Positions 39,809-51,774 of a stretch of 64,000 nucleotides of DNA are shown here, one piece after another. The stretch's first letter is position 1; each line of letters begins with the position of its first letter. The DNA is taken from the NCBI GenBank assembly GCA_041476145.1, contig JBGOSW010000001.1, positions 572 through 64,571 on the forward strand. The letters are read 5' to 3'. A model generated the notes under the pieces. It did not search any database, had not been told where the DNA came from, and saw only the letters and a program-made list of their open reading frames with translations. This stretch comes from Candidatus Binatia bacterium (GTDB lineage Bacteria > Desulfobacterota > Binatia > UTPRO1). Both the position numbers and the translations under genes were made by a program.

Positions 39809-40908
39809 TCTGCGACTCCTTCGACGGCCTTGCGGAGCTCGCCGGCGACCCGAGCCTGTTGCTCCGGAGTGATGTGCGGAAACAACGGGAGGGAGAGGAC
39901 CTCGGCGGCCGCGCGCTCGCTCACGGGGAAGTCACCGGGCGCATGGCGGAGGTACGCGAACGCGCCCTGCAGAGGCAGTGGAATCGGATAGTGGACGCCG
40001 GCGCCGATGCCCGCCGCGAGCAACCGGCTCAGCACCTGATCCCGGCGCGGGACGCGGACGGTATAGAGGTGCCATACGTGCTCGTTCCCCGGCGCCGTTC
40101 GCGGCAGTCCGACTCCCGAGAGTCCTGCGAGGAGGTCGTCGTAACGCCTCGCCGCGGCGCGACGCGCCCCGTTCCACACCGCGAGCCGCGTGAGCTTCGC
40201 CCTGAGGACGACCGCCTGGAGCGCGTCGAGGCGCGAGTTCATACCGAGCACGGGGTGGTGATACTTCGTCGTGCTCCCGTAGTTCCGAAGCGCGCGCACC
40301 TTCTCCGCCACCTCGTCGGATTCCGTCAGCACCGCTCCTCCGTCTCCGTACGCCCCGAGATTCTTCCCCGGGTAGAAGCTCGTGCCTGCCGCGAACCCGA
40401 CGGTCCCTGCCTGGCGCCCGAACCTCGTGGCACCGTGCGATTGCGCCGCGTCTTCGAGGAGCATCACACCCGGAGCCGCAGCGGCGAGGGCCTCCATCGG
40501 CGCCATCTGGCCGTACAGATGCACCGCGAGGATCGCCTTCGTGCGCGCTCCGAGCGGAAGCGCGGCAACGTCGATCAGGTGATGGAGGGGATCGCAATCG
40601 ACGAAGACGGGCGTCGCGCCCGCGCGCACGACCGCAAGCGCCGTCGCGACGAACGTGTTCGCCGGGACGACGACCTCGTCGCCGGCGCCGATGCCCGCGG
40701 CACGCAGGACGAGCTCGAGCGCATCGGTACCGTTCGCGACCCCGACGCAATGTTTGACGCCGACGAATTCCGCGAATTCGCGCTCGAAGTCCCCGACCTC
40801 GTCGCCCAGGATGAACGCCGTGCGCGCCGTGACGCGCGCGAAGCCCTCGTCGACCTCGGCGGCGATCTCGCGATGCTGCGCCGCGAGATCGACGAGAGGA
40901 ATCGTCAC
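39805..40908 (-). CDS. DegT/DnrJ/EryC1/StrS-family PLP-dependent sugar aminotransferase, WbpE-like
   Basis: This is an internal GTG at 40908 (VTIPLVDLAAQHREI) of track ORF 39805..41043, in a GTGA overlap with the oxidoreductase stop. The PLP-lysine context is TSFYPGKNLGAYGDGG. Confidence 0.88.
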   Translation of the reverse strand: MTIPLVDLAAQHREIAAEVDEGFARVTARTAFILGDEVGDFEREFAEFVGVKHCVGVANGTDALELVLRAAGIGAGDEVVVPANTFVATALAVVRAGATPVFVDCDPLHHLIDVAALPLGARTKAILAVHLYGQMAPMEALAAAAPGVMLLEDAAQSHGATRFGRQAGTVGFAAGTSFYPGKNLGAYGDGGAVLTESDEVAEKVRALRNYGSTTKYHHPVLGMNSRLDALQAVVLRAKLTRLAVWNGARRAAARRYDDLLAGLSGVGLPRTAPGNEHVWHLYTVRVPRRDQVLSRLLAAGIGAGVHYPIPLPLQGAFAYLRHAPGDFPVSERAAAEVLSLPLFPHITPEQQARVAGELRKAVEGVAE

Positions 40909-41927
40909 GTAACCTTCTCCTCGCGGCCGCCCTGACGCAGCGATCGCTGGATGGCTTCGAGGGCGCGCACGACCGCCAGGCCCTCGCGGCCGCCCGTGAG
41001 CGGCGGTGTGCCCGATCCGATGCATTCGAGGAAGTGATCGCACTCCGCCTTCAACGGCTCGCCGGGCGTGATTTTCGGAATGACGATGTCACCGTCGCGC
41101 ACACTCGCCCGGAACGAGGCGAAGGTATCGATGAACGCCGGCGTGGTTCGCACGTCGGTCACCTGTTTGTCGAAGATGCGCAGCGGCTCGGTGAGGCTCA
41201 AGTCGTCGAACGTGAGCATGCGGCGATCTCCGACGACGGTCACGTCGCGTGTCTTGCGCGGGTGGAGCCACGAGGCGTGGAGGTGCGCGAGCACGCCGTC
41301 GGGGTAGCGCAGCGTCGCAAAGACCGCGTCCTCGATTCCGGGGTTGAGCCAGGCGCCGCCGTACGCCGTCGCGCTCACCGGCTCGGTTCCGAGCCAGTAG
41401 TTGACGATTGCGATGTCGTGCGATGCGAGGTCCCAGGCGGCGTTCACGTCGACGCGGATGGGGCCGAGATTGGTACGGACCATCGACGCGTAGTACACGC
41501 GGCCCAGCTCCCCGGCCTCGATGTAACGCTTCACCTGCTGAACGGCGACGTTGTAGAGAAACACGTGCCCGACCATGAGCACGCGCTGCGCGTGGAGAGC
41601 GCGTTCGCAGAGTTCCTGGGCATGGCGAGCATCGGTCGCGATCGGCTTTTCCACCAGCACGTGCTTTCCGGACGCGAGCGCGGCCTTGACGATCTCGTAG
41701 TGCGTGATCGTCGGGGTCGAGACCACCACCGCGTCGACGCGACCGTCACGAAAAGCCTCGGCCGGCTCCTTCGACACCCGTACGGTCGCGAAGCGCGCAC
41801 GCACCTCCTCGAGTCGAGCGGCATCGCGGTCGATGACCCAGAGCACCTCGCTGCGCGGATTGTCGTGGAAGTTACGGATGAGGTTCGGACCCCAGTGCCC
41901 TGCTCCGACGACCGCGACCCCGATCAT
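40905..41927 (-). CDS. Gfo/Idh/MocA-family NAD-dependent sugar oxidoreductase, WbpB-like
   Basis: The 340-aa product has the Rossmann motif IGVAVVGAGHWGPNLIRN and the family-typical C-terminal alpha/beta domain. Confidence 0.85.
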   Translation of the reverse strand: MIGVAVVGAGHWGPNLIRNFHDNPRSEVLWVIDRDAARLEEVRARFATVRVSKEPAEAFRDGRVDAVVVSTPTITHYEIVKAALASGKHVLVEKPIATDARHAQELCERALHAQRVLMVGHVFLYNVAVQQVKRYIEAGELGRVYYASMVRTNLGPIRVDVNAAWDLASHDIAIVNYWLGTEPVSATAYGGAWLNPGIEDAVFATLRYPDGVLAHLHASWLHPRKTRDVTVVGDRRMLTFDDLSLTEPLRIFDKQVTDVRTTPAFIDTFASFRASVRDGDIVIPKITPGEPLKAECDHFLECIGSGTPPLTGGREGLAVVRALEAIQRSLRQGGREEKVT

Positions 41928-41934
41928 GCGTGCC

Positions 41935-42675
41935 TCATTTCTTGATTCCGAGACCCAGATACACGAGCGGTCGAAGGATGGACCACCAGCCGGTGATCGG
42001 CTTCATCTTGCTCTGCCCGAGCCGCCTGGGAGGGTAGACCTTCGTCACCGCAACCTCCACGGTGCGGTACCCCATCCGAATCGCCTGCAAGTAGAGGTAC
42101 GGCTCGAGCTCGTACTGATCGAGCCACGTCTGCATCAGGTCGAGGCGTGGATCGACGAGCACGCGGCGATGAACGGCGCGAAAGCCGTTCGTCGACTCGG
42201 TGACCCAGCGCCGAGCGACCAGCGAGAACAGGATGGGATGGACGCGCGTCGCGAGCTTCCGGTATGCCGGCATCGGCCCGAAGTCGGCGCCGCGTTTCAA
42301 GAACCGCGAACCCTGCACGAGATCGGCGCTGCCCATCGCGATCGGATCGAGGAGAACCGGGATCTCCTCCGGTGCGTCCTTGTTGTTGGCGGCCATCACG
42401 ACGGCGACATCGTAGCCTTTGTCGACGGCGTACCGGTAGCCCGCCCGCAACGCGGCGCCGACGCCCGCCACACGCCCCATGCTGAGCACGGATGCGCCGA
42501 GCGCCCGCGCCACCTCCGCCGTGCGATCGGTCGACCCGTCGTCGACGACCAGCACCTCGTCGACGACGTCGCGCGGCGTTCGCCTCACGACCTCGCCGAC
42601 CTTGGCCTCCTCGTTGTAGGCCGGCGCCATGGCGATGACGGAGAGCTCACGATACATGGCGCTCTTCCCGGGCAT
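41935..42675 (-). CDS. GT2 glycosyltransferase, polyprenyl-phosphate sugar synthase-like (DPM1/GtrB/CsbB-like)
   Basis: The 246-aa product has VIAMAPAYNEE and VVDDGSTDRT. The C-terminus (KMKPITGWWSILRPLVYLGLGIKK) looks like an amphipathic or single membrane-associated segment. The alternative ATG at 42657 is possible. Confidence 0.78.
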   Translation of the reverse strand: MPGKSAMYRELSVIAMAPAYNEEAKVGEVVRRTPRDVVDEVLVVDDGSTDRTAEVARALGASVLSMGRVAGVGAALRAGYRYAVDKGYDVAVVMAANNKDAPEEIPVLLDPIAMGSADLVQGSRFLKRGADFGPMPAYRKLATRVHPILFSLVARRWVTESTNGFRAVHRRVLVDPRLDLMQTWLDQYELEPYLYLQAIRMGYRTVEVAVTKVYPPRRLGQSKMKPITGWWSILRPLVYLGLGIKK

Positions 42676-42774
42676 CGCGGCGGACTACGCGCGTACGCTT
42701 TTGACAGTGGCCGTGCGGATATGACAAGCGGACCGTGACGAGAGCGCGCCCGAAGATTCGGGAGGTGGTGGACA
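42676..42774. promoter_or_regulatory. divergent intergenic region between the GT2 and YfhO-like genes
   Basis: This 99-bp gap contains a perfect TTGACA hexamer (42701-42706, + strand), a second TGACA at 42722-42726 and a GGAGG Shine-Dalgarno (42761-42765) before the TTG start. I could not find a convincing -10 element. Confidence 0.3.
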
Positions 42775-45111
42775 TTGACGCATGAGACTGCCGGGCGGTC
42801 ACCCCACGCCATCGCATGCGTAATCTTCCTCGTCGCGTCGCTCGCCGTGTTCGGCGACGTGCTTCTCGCCGGAAACAGTCGCATCCTTTCGATGCCCAAC
42901 GAGGACATGACGCGTCCCTTCTTCTACTGGTTCCCGTTCGGCTTCGACGAGCTGAAGAAGGGGCATCTCGTCCTGTGGAATCCCCACAACTACGCCGGCG
43001 CCGCCTATTTCGGCGGCTTTGGGCCGGCGCTGCTCTATCCCCCTAACTGGCTGCACATGGTCCTGCCGACGGCGTTCGCGATCAACGTCGGCATCGCCCT
43101 GCACCTCTTCCTCGCCGGCGTGTGGGTGTACCTCTGGACGTGGCATCGCTGCCTCCATCCCGCCGCCTGCATCCTGGCTGGACTGATCTTCATGTTTTGC
43201 GGGGCGCACTTCCTGCAAATCTACCGCGGACATTTGCACTGCCTTACCACCCTGACGTGGACGCCGCTGATCTTTCTCGCCATCGATGGCGTGCTGCAAA
43301 CGTTCTCCGTGACGTGGATTCTGCTCGGCATGGCGGCTGTCGCCATGCAGATACTGGCCGGCCACGTCCAGTACATCTTCTACACCGCGATCATCGCGGG
43401 CATCTACGCGCTGGCCGGCTGGCTCAAATCCGGCGCGCGTGTGCGCGAAGCGGCGGCGCTCGCGTCGATCTACGTGGGAGGGGCAAGCCTGGCCGCCGTC
43501 CAGCTCTTCACCGGCCTGCAAGCGGCGGCGGAAAGCCATCGCACCGGCATCAGCTACGGCATCGCATCCTCGTTCGCGTTCCCACCCGAGAACCTGCTGA
43601 CGCTCATTCTCCCTGGCTTCTTCGGTGACATGGTCAATACCCCCTACTGGGGACGATGGACGTTGACCGAGATGTCGCTGTTCATCGGAACGGCCCCATT
43701 CCTTTTGTCGGTATGCGGGCTCGTGCACGGGGAGAAGGCCGTCAAGCGGTTCAGCTTCACGATGGCACTGATCGTCATGATCCTGGCCGTCGGTGACTAC
43801 ACGCCTTTGTTCAAGATCCTGTACGATCACGTGCCGGGATTCCAGAATTTCCGCGGCACGACGAAATTCACGGTCCTCGCGGCGCTGTTCATCGTCATGC
43901 TCGTCGCCGTTGGATTCGATCACTTGCTGAAGGCGCGGCAGGCTCCGCGGTGGCTCGCGGCCGCCGGCCTCGTCGCGGGCGGCGTGCTGATCGCCGCGGG
44001 CGCACTGCTGGTCCGGGACTGCAACGCGGGCGGAGGCAACCTCTGGACACCGGCGCTGACGCGGATGCGGTTTCTCGACGACGCGTATCGTGACTTCGTC
44101 CTCACCCGCGGGCCGGCGTCGATGCGGGCGTGCGTGAATGCCGGGCGGTCGTTGTGGATCGGCGGCGGGACGTTCCTGCTGCTCGGTCTGCTGCTGGCCG
44201 CGGCGCGAAGGTCGCACCGCTTGGTGTATGCCATCGGGATCATCGGGGTCGTGGAGGTGATGGGATATGCGCGCTATACTCGACCGACCTTCGACCCCGC
44301 TCCGCTGGTGAACCGCAGTGTCGTCCTGCGGCGCTTGCTGGCGGAGAACGCGGCGGGCGAGTCGCGGCTCGTGAGCCAAGATCCCTATTCGTACGTCGCG
44401 ATGGGGGCCGGTGCACTCGATCTCTGGGGTGCGGATCCCACGGTGCTCGCGCGCTACGCTCGCTTCGTCGCGTTGACCCAGGGATGGCCGTTGGACGCCA
44501 TCCTGGTGACCTCCGGCTTCCGGACCCTGTCACCGCTCCTCGGCATGCTCCGCCTGCGCTACGTGCTTCGCATCGATCGGGAGCAGGTGACGCTGCAGCC
44601 GACCCACTTGAAGGAACTGCCGCGGGCGCTGCTCGTCCCCCACTGGAAGGTCCTGCCGACCCCCGAGAACGTCCTCGACGCCCTGCGGGATCCGACGTTC
44701 GATCCGGAGCGAGCGGTCCTGTTGGAAAGCGACCCCGGCCTCGTGCCCGCCGAATCGGATGAACCCGGGCAGGTCTCCCTGCGCGACGTGTCGACCGAGG
44801 TGATCGAGATATCGGCGGACGTTCCACAACCTTCGATCCTCGTGATCACGGACAACTACAGCGCGAGCTGGAAGGCGACGCCGTTGGCCGGGAGCGACGG
44901 CCGGACGTACCGGGTCGTGCCCGCGAACTCTCTCCTGCGCGCGATTCCCCTCACCGCCGGCCACCATCACTTGCGTCTTGAGTACCGCCCGACGGCTTTG
45001 GCCGTGGGCGCGTGGGTGACGATGCTCTCGCTCGTCGCCTACGCGGCCGTCGGGGGCCTCCAGGTGCGCAAGTTTCTTCGGAACACGGTTCGCGAGCGGC
45101 GTTCGCCCTGA
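42775..45111 (+). CDS. YfhO-like polytopic membrane protein (putative GT-C glycosyltransferase)
   Basis: The 778-aa product starts at a TTG 9 nt after a GGAGG Shine-Dalgarno (42761-42765). There are many TM helices across the first ~520 aa, then a C-terminal soluble domain and a terminal TM helix. The N-terminal region (PFFYWFPFGFDELKKGHLVLWNPHNYAG) resembles YfhO-family proteins as I recall them. Confidence 0.7.
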   Translation: MTHETAGRSPHAIACVIFLVASLAVFGDVLLAGNSRILSMPNEDMTRPFFYWFPFGFDELKKGHLVLWNPHNYAGAAYFGGFGPALLYPPNWLHMVLPTAFAINVGIALHLFLAGVWVYLWTWHRCLHPAACILAGLIFMFCGAHFLQIYRGHLHCLTTLTWTPLIFLAIDGVLQTFSVTWILLGMAAVAMQILAGHVQYIFYTAIIAGIYALAGWLKSGARVREAAALASIYVGGASLAAVQLFTGLQAAAESHRTGISYGIASSFAFPPENLLTLILPGFFGDMVNTPYWGRWTLTEMSLFIGTAPFLLSVCGLVHGEKAVKRFSFTMALIVMILAVGDYTPLFKILYDHVPGFQNFRGTTKFTVLAALFIVMLVAVGFDHLLKARQAPRWLAAAGLVAGGVLIAAGALLVRDCNAGGGNLWTPALTRMRFLDDAYRDFVLTRGPASMRACVNAGRSLWIGGGTFLLLGLLLAAARRSHRLVYAIGIIGVVEVMGYARYTRPTFDPAPLVNRSVVLRRLLAENAAGESRLVSQDPYSYVAMGAGALDLWGADPTVLARYARFVALTQGWPLDAILVTSGFRTLSPLLGMLRLRYVLRIDREQVTLQPTHLKELPRALLVPHWKVLPTPENVLDALRDPTFDPERAVLLESDPGLVPAESDEPGQVSLRDVSTEVIEISADVPQPSILVITDNYSASWKATPLAGSDGRTYRVVPANSLLRAIPLTAGHHHLRLEYRPTALAVGAWVTMLSLVAYAAVGGLQVRKFLRNTVRERRSP

Positions 45112-45173
45112 CGCCGTCGCGACCAGCGGATCCGTTGGAGTCCGCGCGGGACGGTCGGCTATACGACGACGCG

Positions 45174-47264
<2,091 letters not shown>

Positions 47265-47309
47265 CGACGCGCGTCCCGTTCTCTACGCCTTGAAGGGACG
47301 GGGACGAGG

Positions 47310-48941
<1,632 letters not shown>

Positions 48942-48954
48942 CGCCGGTGGGCAC

Positions 48955-49503
48955 ATGATCGTCATCGTCCACGGCTACGACGGCTCCGGTCCCGGGCATT
49001 GGCAGCGCTGGCTCCACGACGAGCTCTGCAGCCGCGGAGCGGCGGTGGCGTTTCCCGAGCTGCCGGCACCGACGGCACCGCAGAAAGACCAGTGGGTCGC
49101 GGCGCTCGCCGCGGTCGTCGCCGCGGCGCCGACGCCGGTAACCTTCGTCTGCCACTCGCTCGGCTGTTGGGCGGTCGATCATTGGCTCGCGGGCGCCACC
49201 GCTCCATCGGTGCATGCCGCCCTCCTGGTCGCGCCGCCCTCGCCGCTCCTGCCTTTCGAGCCGGTCGAGAGCTTCTTGCCGCCGCCACGGCGGCGCGAAT
49301 GCTGGGCGCCCTTCGTCGCCCGCACGCTCGTCGTCGGCAGCGACGACGACGACTACGCCAGCGCCGAGGAGATCGCCGCGGTCGCGCGCGTACTGGGCAG
49401 CGCGTGTCGCATCATTCCCGGCGCCGGCCATCTCAACGTCGCGTCGGGGTATGGACCGTGGCCGTTCGCGCTCGAGTGGTTGCGGACGGTCGGCGCCTGC
49501 TGA
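48955..49503 (+). CDS. YdeN/RBBP9-like alpha/beta serine hydrolase
   Basis: The 182-aa product has IVHGYDGSGPGHWQRWL and the nucleophile elbow CHSLGC. Confidence 0.7.
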   Translation: MIVIVHGYDGSGPGHWQRWLHDELCSRGAAVAFPELPAPTAPQKDQWVAALAAVVAAAPTPVTFVCHSLGCWAVDHWLAGATAPSVHAALLVAPPSPLLPFEPVESFLPPPRRRECWAPFVARTLVVGSDDDDYASAEEIAAVARVLGSACRIIPGAGHLNVASGYGPWPFALEWLRTVGAC

Positions 49504-49546
49504 GCGCGGCGCCGCGCCGGCGCCACGCCCGCATCGGATCGGCGCG

Positions 49547-50512
49547 TCAGATCGGCACGCGAATACCGCGCCGCGCGAGCGCCAGCGTCGCGGCGCTCAG
49601 CGCCGCGACGCAGATCCCCACCGCAAGCAGGCCGCTCACCTCGGGAAGTCCGAGCGGGTGCCCGATCACGAGATAGATCGGATAGTAGACGAGCACGTAT
49701 TGCAGGACCCACGCGGTCAGCGCGCTCGCGCCGAGCCGCACGAGGACGTCGGAGAACCGCGAGCCGCGCGCCTCCATGCGCGAGAGCGCCCCGACGAGCG
49801 TCGCCGAGGCGGTGGTCGCGAACAGGACGAAGCTGCTCGAGCCCGTGAGCTTGTTGAACGGGATGCCTGCGGCATGCAACGCGAGCGCCGACACCAGACT
49901 GACGAGCGCGACGGTCACGGCGCGCCGCTCGTACGCCGCGAGGTCGTGAGTCGCGAGCGGGCGGCCGACGACGTACCCGAGGAGCGTGATCGGGACGAAC
50001 GGCAGACTGTCGACGAGGGAGCGATGCACCTCGTTGTTCCCCGGCCCGTAGTGGGTCGCGGTGATCAGCGCCGCCACGGCGACGATGAACGCGTCCGGGA
50101 GGTCGGCGAGCGCCACCGTCACCAAACCGCCGAGGCCGAGGGTTTGGAGCACGCCCCAGCGGAACTCCAGGCGCTGCACGGCGATGCCGTCGAGCAGTGC
50201 CCCGAACAGGATGAGGAGGACGAAGCGGCGTGCGGCGAGCATGCGTGCCCGGCGCGCGCCGGTCTCCCGCCCCCACCGCTCGAGGTAGAGGACGAGCGAG
50301 ACGCCGATCAGGAACTGGAACATCGGGGCCGGCAGATCGAGCGGCAGGAGCTCGTCGCCGAGATTGTGGGCGAGCCAGTGCGGGCGCTCGGCGAGCAGCA
50401 CGTTGACGAGATTGGCGACGAGCATCGCCAGCACGGCGAGCGCGCGCGCAACGTCGAGAAAGCGGAGACGTCTCCCGGCGCCGCCCGCAGCGGCTACGAC
50501 GGCGGCGTTCAC
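49547..50512 (-). CDS. DUF1624 / heparan-alpha-glucosaminide N-acetyltransferase (HGSNAT)-like polytopic membrane protein
   Basis: This is an internal GTG at 50512 of track ORF 49547..51664, in a GTGA overlap with the PIG-L gene stop. RFLDVARALAVLAMLVANL...LDLPAPMFQFLIGVSL is typical of the family as I recall it. The product is polytopic throughout. Confidence 0.65.
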   Translation of the reverse strand: MNAAVVAAAGGAGRRLRFLDVARALAVLAMLVANLVNVLLAERPHWLAHNLGDELLPLDLPAPMFQFLIGVSLVLYLERWGRETGARRARMLAARRFVLLILFGALLDGIAVQRLEFRWGVLQTLGLGGLVTVALADLPDAFIVAVAALITATHYGPGNNEVHRSLVDSLPFVPITLLGYVVGRPLATHDLAAYERRAVTVALVSLVSALALHAAGIPFNKLTGSSSFVLFATTASATLVGALSRMEARGSRFSDVLVRLGASALTAWVLQYVLVYYPIYLVIGHPLGLPEVSGLLAVGICVAALSAATLALARRGIRVPI

Positions 50513-51684
50513 CGTACCGGGGCGCGCGTCCCTCGCGCCGCCGCCGCCGGCGTCGCCGCGGGCGCGGGTAGTGGGGCGCTCGGGACGGTGATCGGCACCG
50601 TTCCGGGCGCGGAGTGCGACACGATCTCCGGACCACACGCCGGGTCGCCGGGCTTCAGACGTCCGAACTCGGGACGCTCGATCACGCCGAACATTTCGTT
50701 CGACCGCGCCAGCGCGCGAAAGAGCAGATCCATGACCGCCGCCTGCGTGCGATGGCTCTCGAGCGCCCCCAGCTTGGCGTCTACCTGTGCCGTCTCCAAG
50801 GGCAGCGAGTACCAGCGTGCCGGCGGATAGCTCTCCGGCGGCGGCGGCAGCGGTCCCGGGATCGACGGTAGCGGCGGCCAGCGGCCGTCGTGCACCAGGT
50901 AGGTGAGGAGGCGATCGGGAATCTTCGACTCGCCGCCGGGCTCGGCAGCGAGCGACTTCAGGGCGGCGAGGATGAACGTGAAGGTAGCGCAATGATCGGG
51001 GTGGGTGTCGAGCGGTGTCGGCAGCGCGATCCAATCGGGATCGGCAAGCGCGACGAGATGCGCGATCTGGCCGATGAGCTCGCGGCTGGTGTAGCGCGCG
51101 TTGGGATTGAACGCCTCCGGGTACGGCGGCCGGTCGTCGTGCGTGAACGGCGACTCGTACGCCGGAACGCGCGGCCCGCGCCGCCAGATCTCCTGGAGAC
51201 CGCCGTCGGGAAAGCCGAGGAAGGTCACCGAGAGCGGCATGATGTGAAAGTGCTCGAGCGCGACGAGCGCTTCGGCGCGGCGCAGCTCCCCGAAGCCGCG
51301 ATAGTCGACCGCCGTCGGCTGGCGGTGGCCGGTCGCGAGCGCCACCGCCTCCGGGTAGCCGTCGCCGCTGGTCATGAAGAGGACGTGCACGCGGCCGCCC
51401 TTCTCGAGCACCTGCTGCATCAGCCCGCCGGCGCCGAGCGACTCGTCGTCGGGATGCGGTGCGACCACCAGCAAGCGGAGCTTCGACGGCACCTCGAGCT
51501 TCAAGGGTGGGCCGGCCGGCGCCGGTATGGGAGCGACCCCGCCCGCCGACGCGGCGGCGACGGGCGGCGGGTCCACGCCGCACAACGTCAACGCCAGCAG
51601 CACACCGACCCAGCCACCGCGACGACGACTCTTGCCTTTGCACGCGAGTCGCGCCACCCTCCACCCCAATCGGCCCTCGAGCAT
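50509..51684 (-). CDS. PIG-L/LmbE-family deacetylase with N-terminal signal-like segment and Pro-rich C-terminal extension
   Basis: Track ORF 50509..51720; the start is the ATG at 51684 or 51720. The catalytic motifs are VVAPHPDDESLGAGG and PLDTHPDHCAT. The N-terminus KGKSRRRGGWVGVLLALTLCGV looks like an export signal. Confidence 0.8.
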   Translation of the reverse strand: MLEGRLGWRVARLACKGKSRRRGGWVGVLLALTLCGVDPPPVAAASAGGVAPIPAPAGPPLKLEVPSKLRLLVVAPHPDDESLGAGGLMQQVLEKGGRVHVLFMTSGDGYPEAVALATGHRQPTAVDYRGFGELRRAEALVALEHFHIMPLSVTFLGFPDGGLQEIWRRGPRVPAYESPFTHDDRPPYPEAFNPNARYTSRELIGQIAHLVALADPDWIALPTPLDTHPDHCATFTFILAALKSLAAEPGGESKIPDRLLTYLVHDGRWPPLPSIPGPLPPPPESYPPARWYSLPLETAQVDAKLGALESHRTQAAVMDLLFRALARSNEMFGVIERPEFGRLKPGDPACGPEIVSHSAPGTVPITVPSAPLPAPAATPAAAARGTRAPVR

Positions 51685-51774
51685 GTCCTCATTGATACCG
51701 GCATCGACGCGCGTCGTCACTACGGGTTCGTCGTGGCCCGGAGGTCACATGCCGCGCCGAGCGGAGCACCGACG

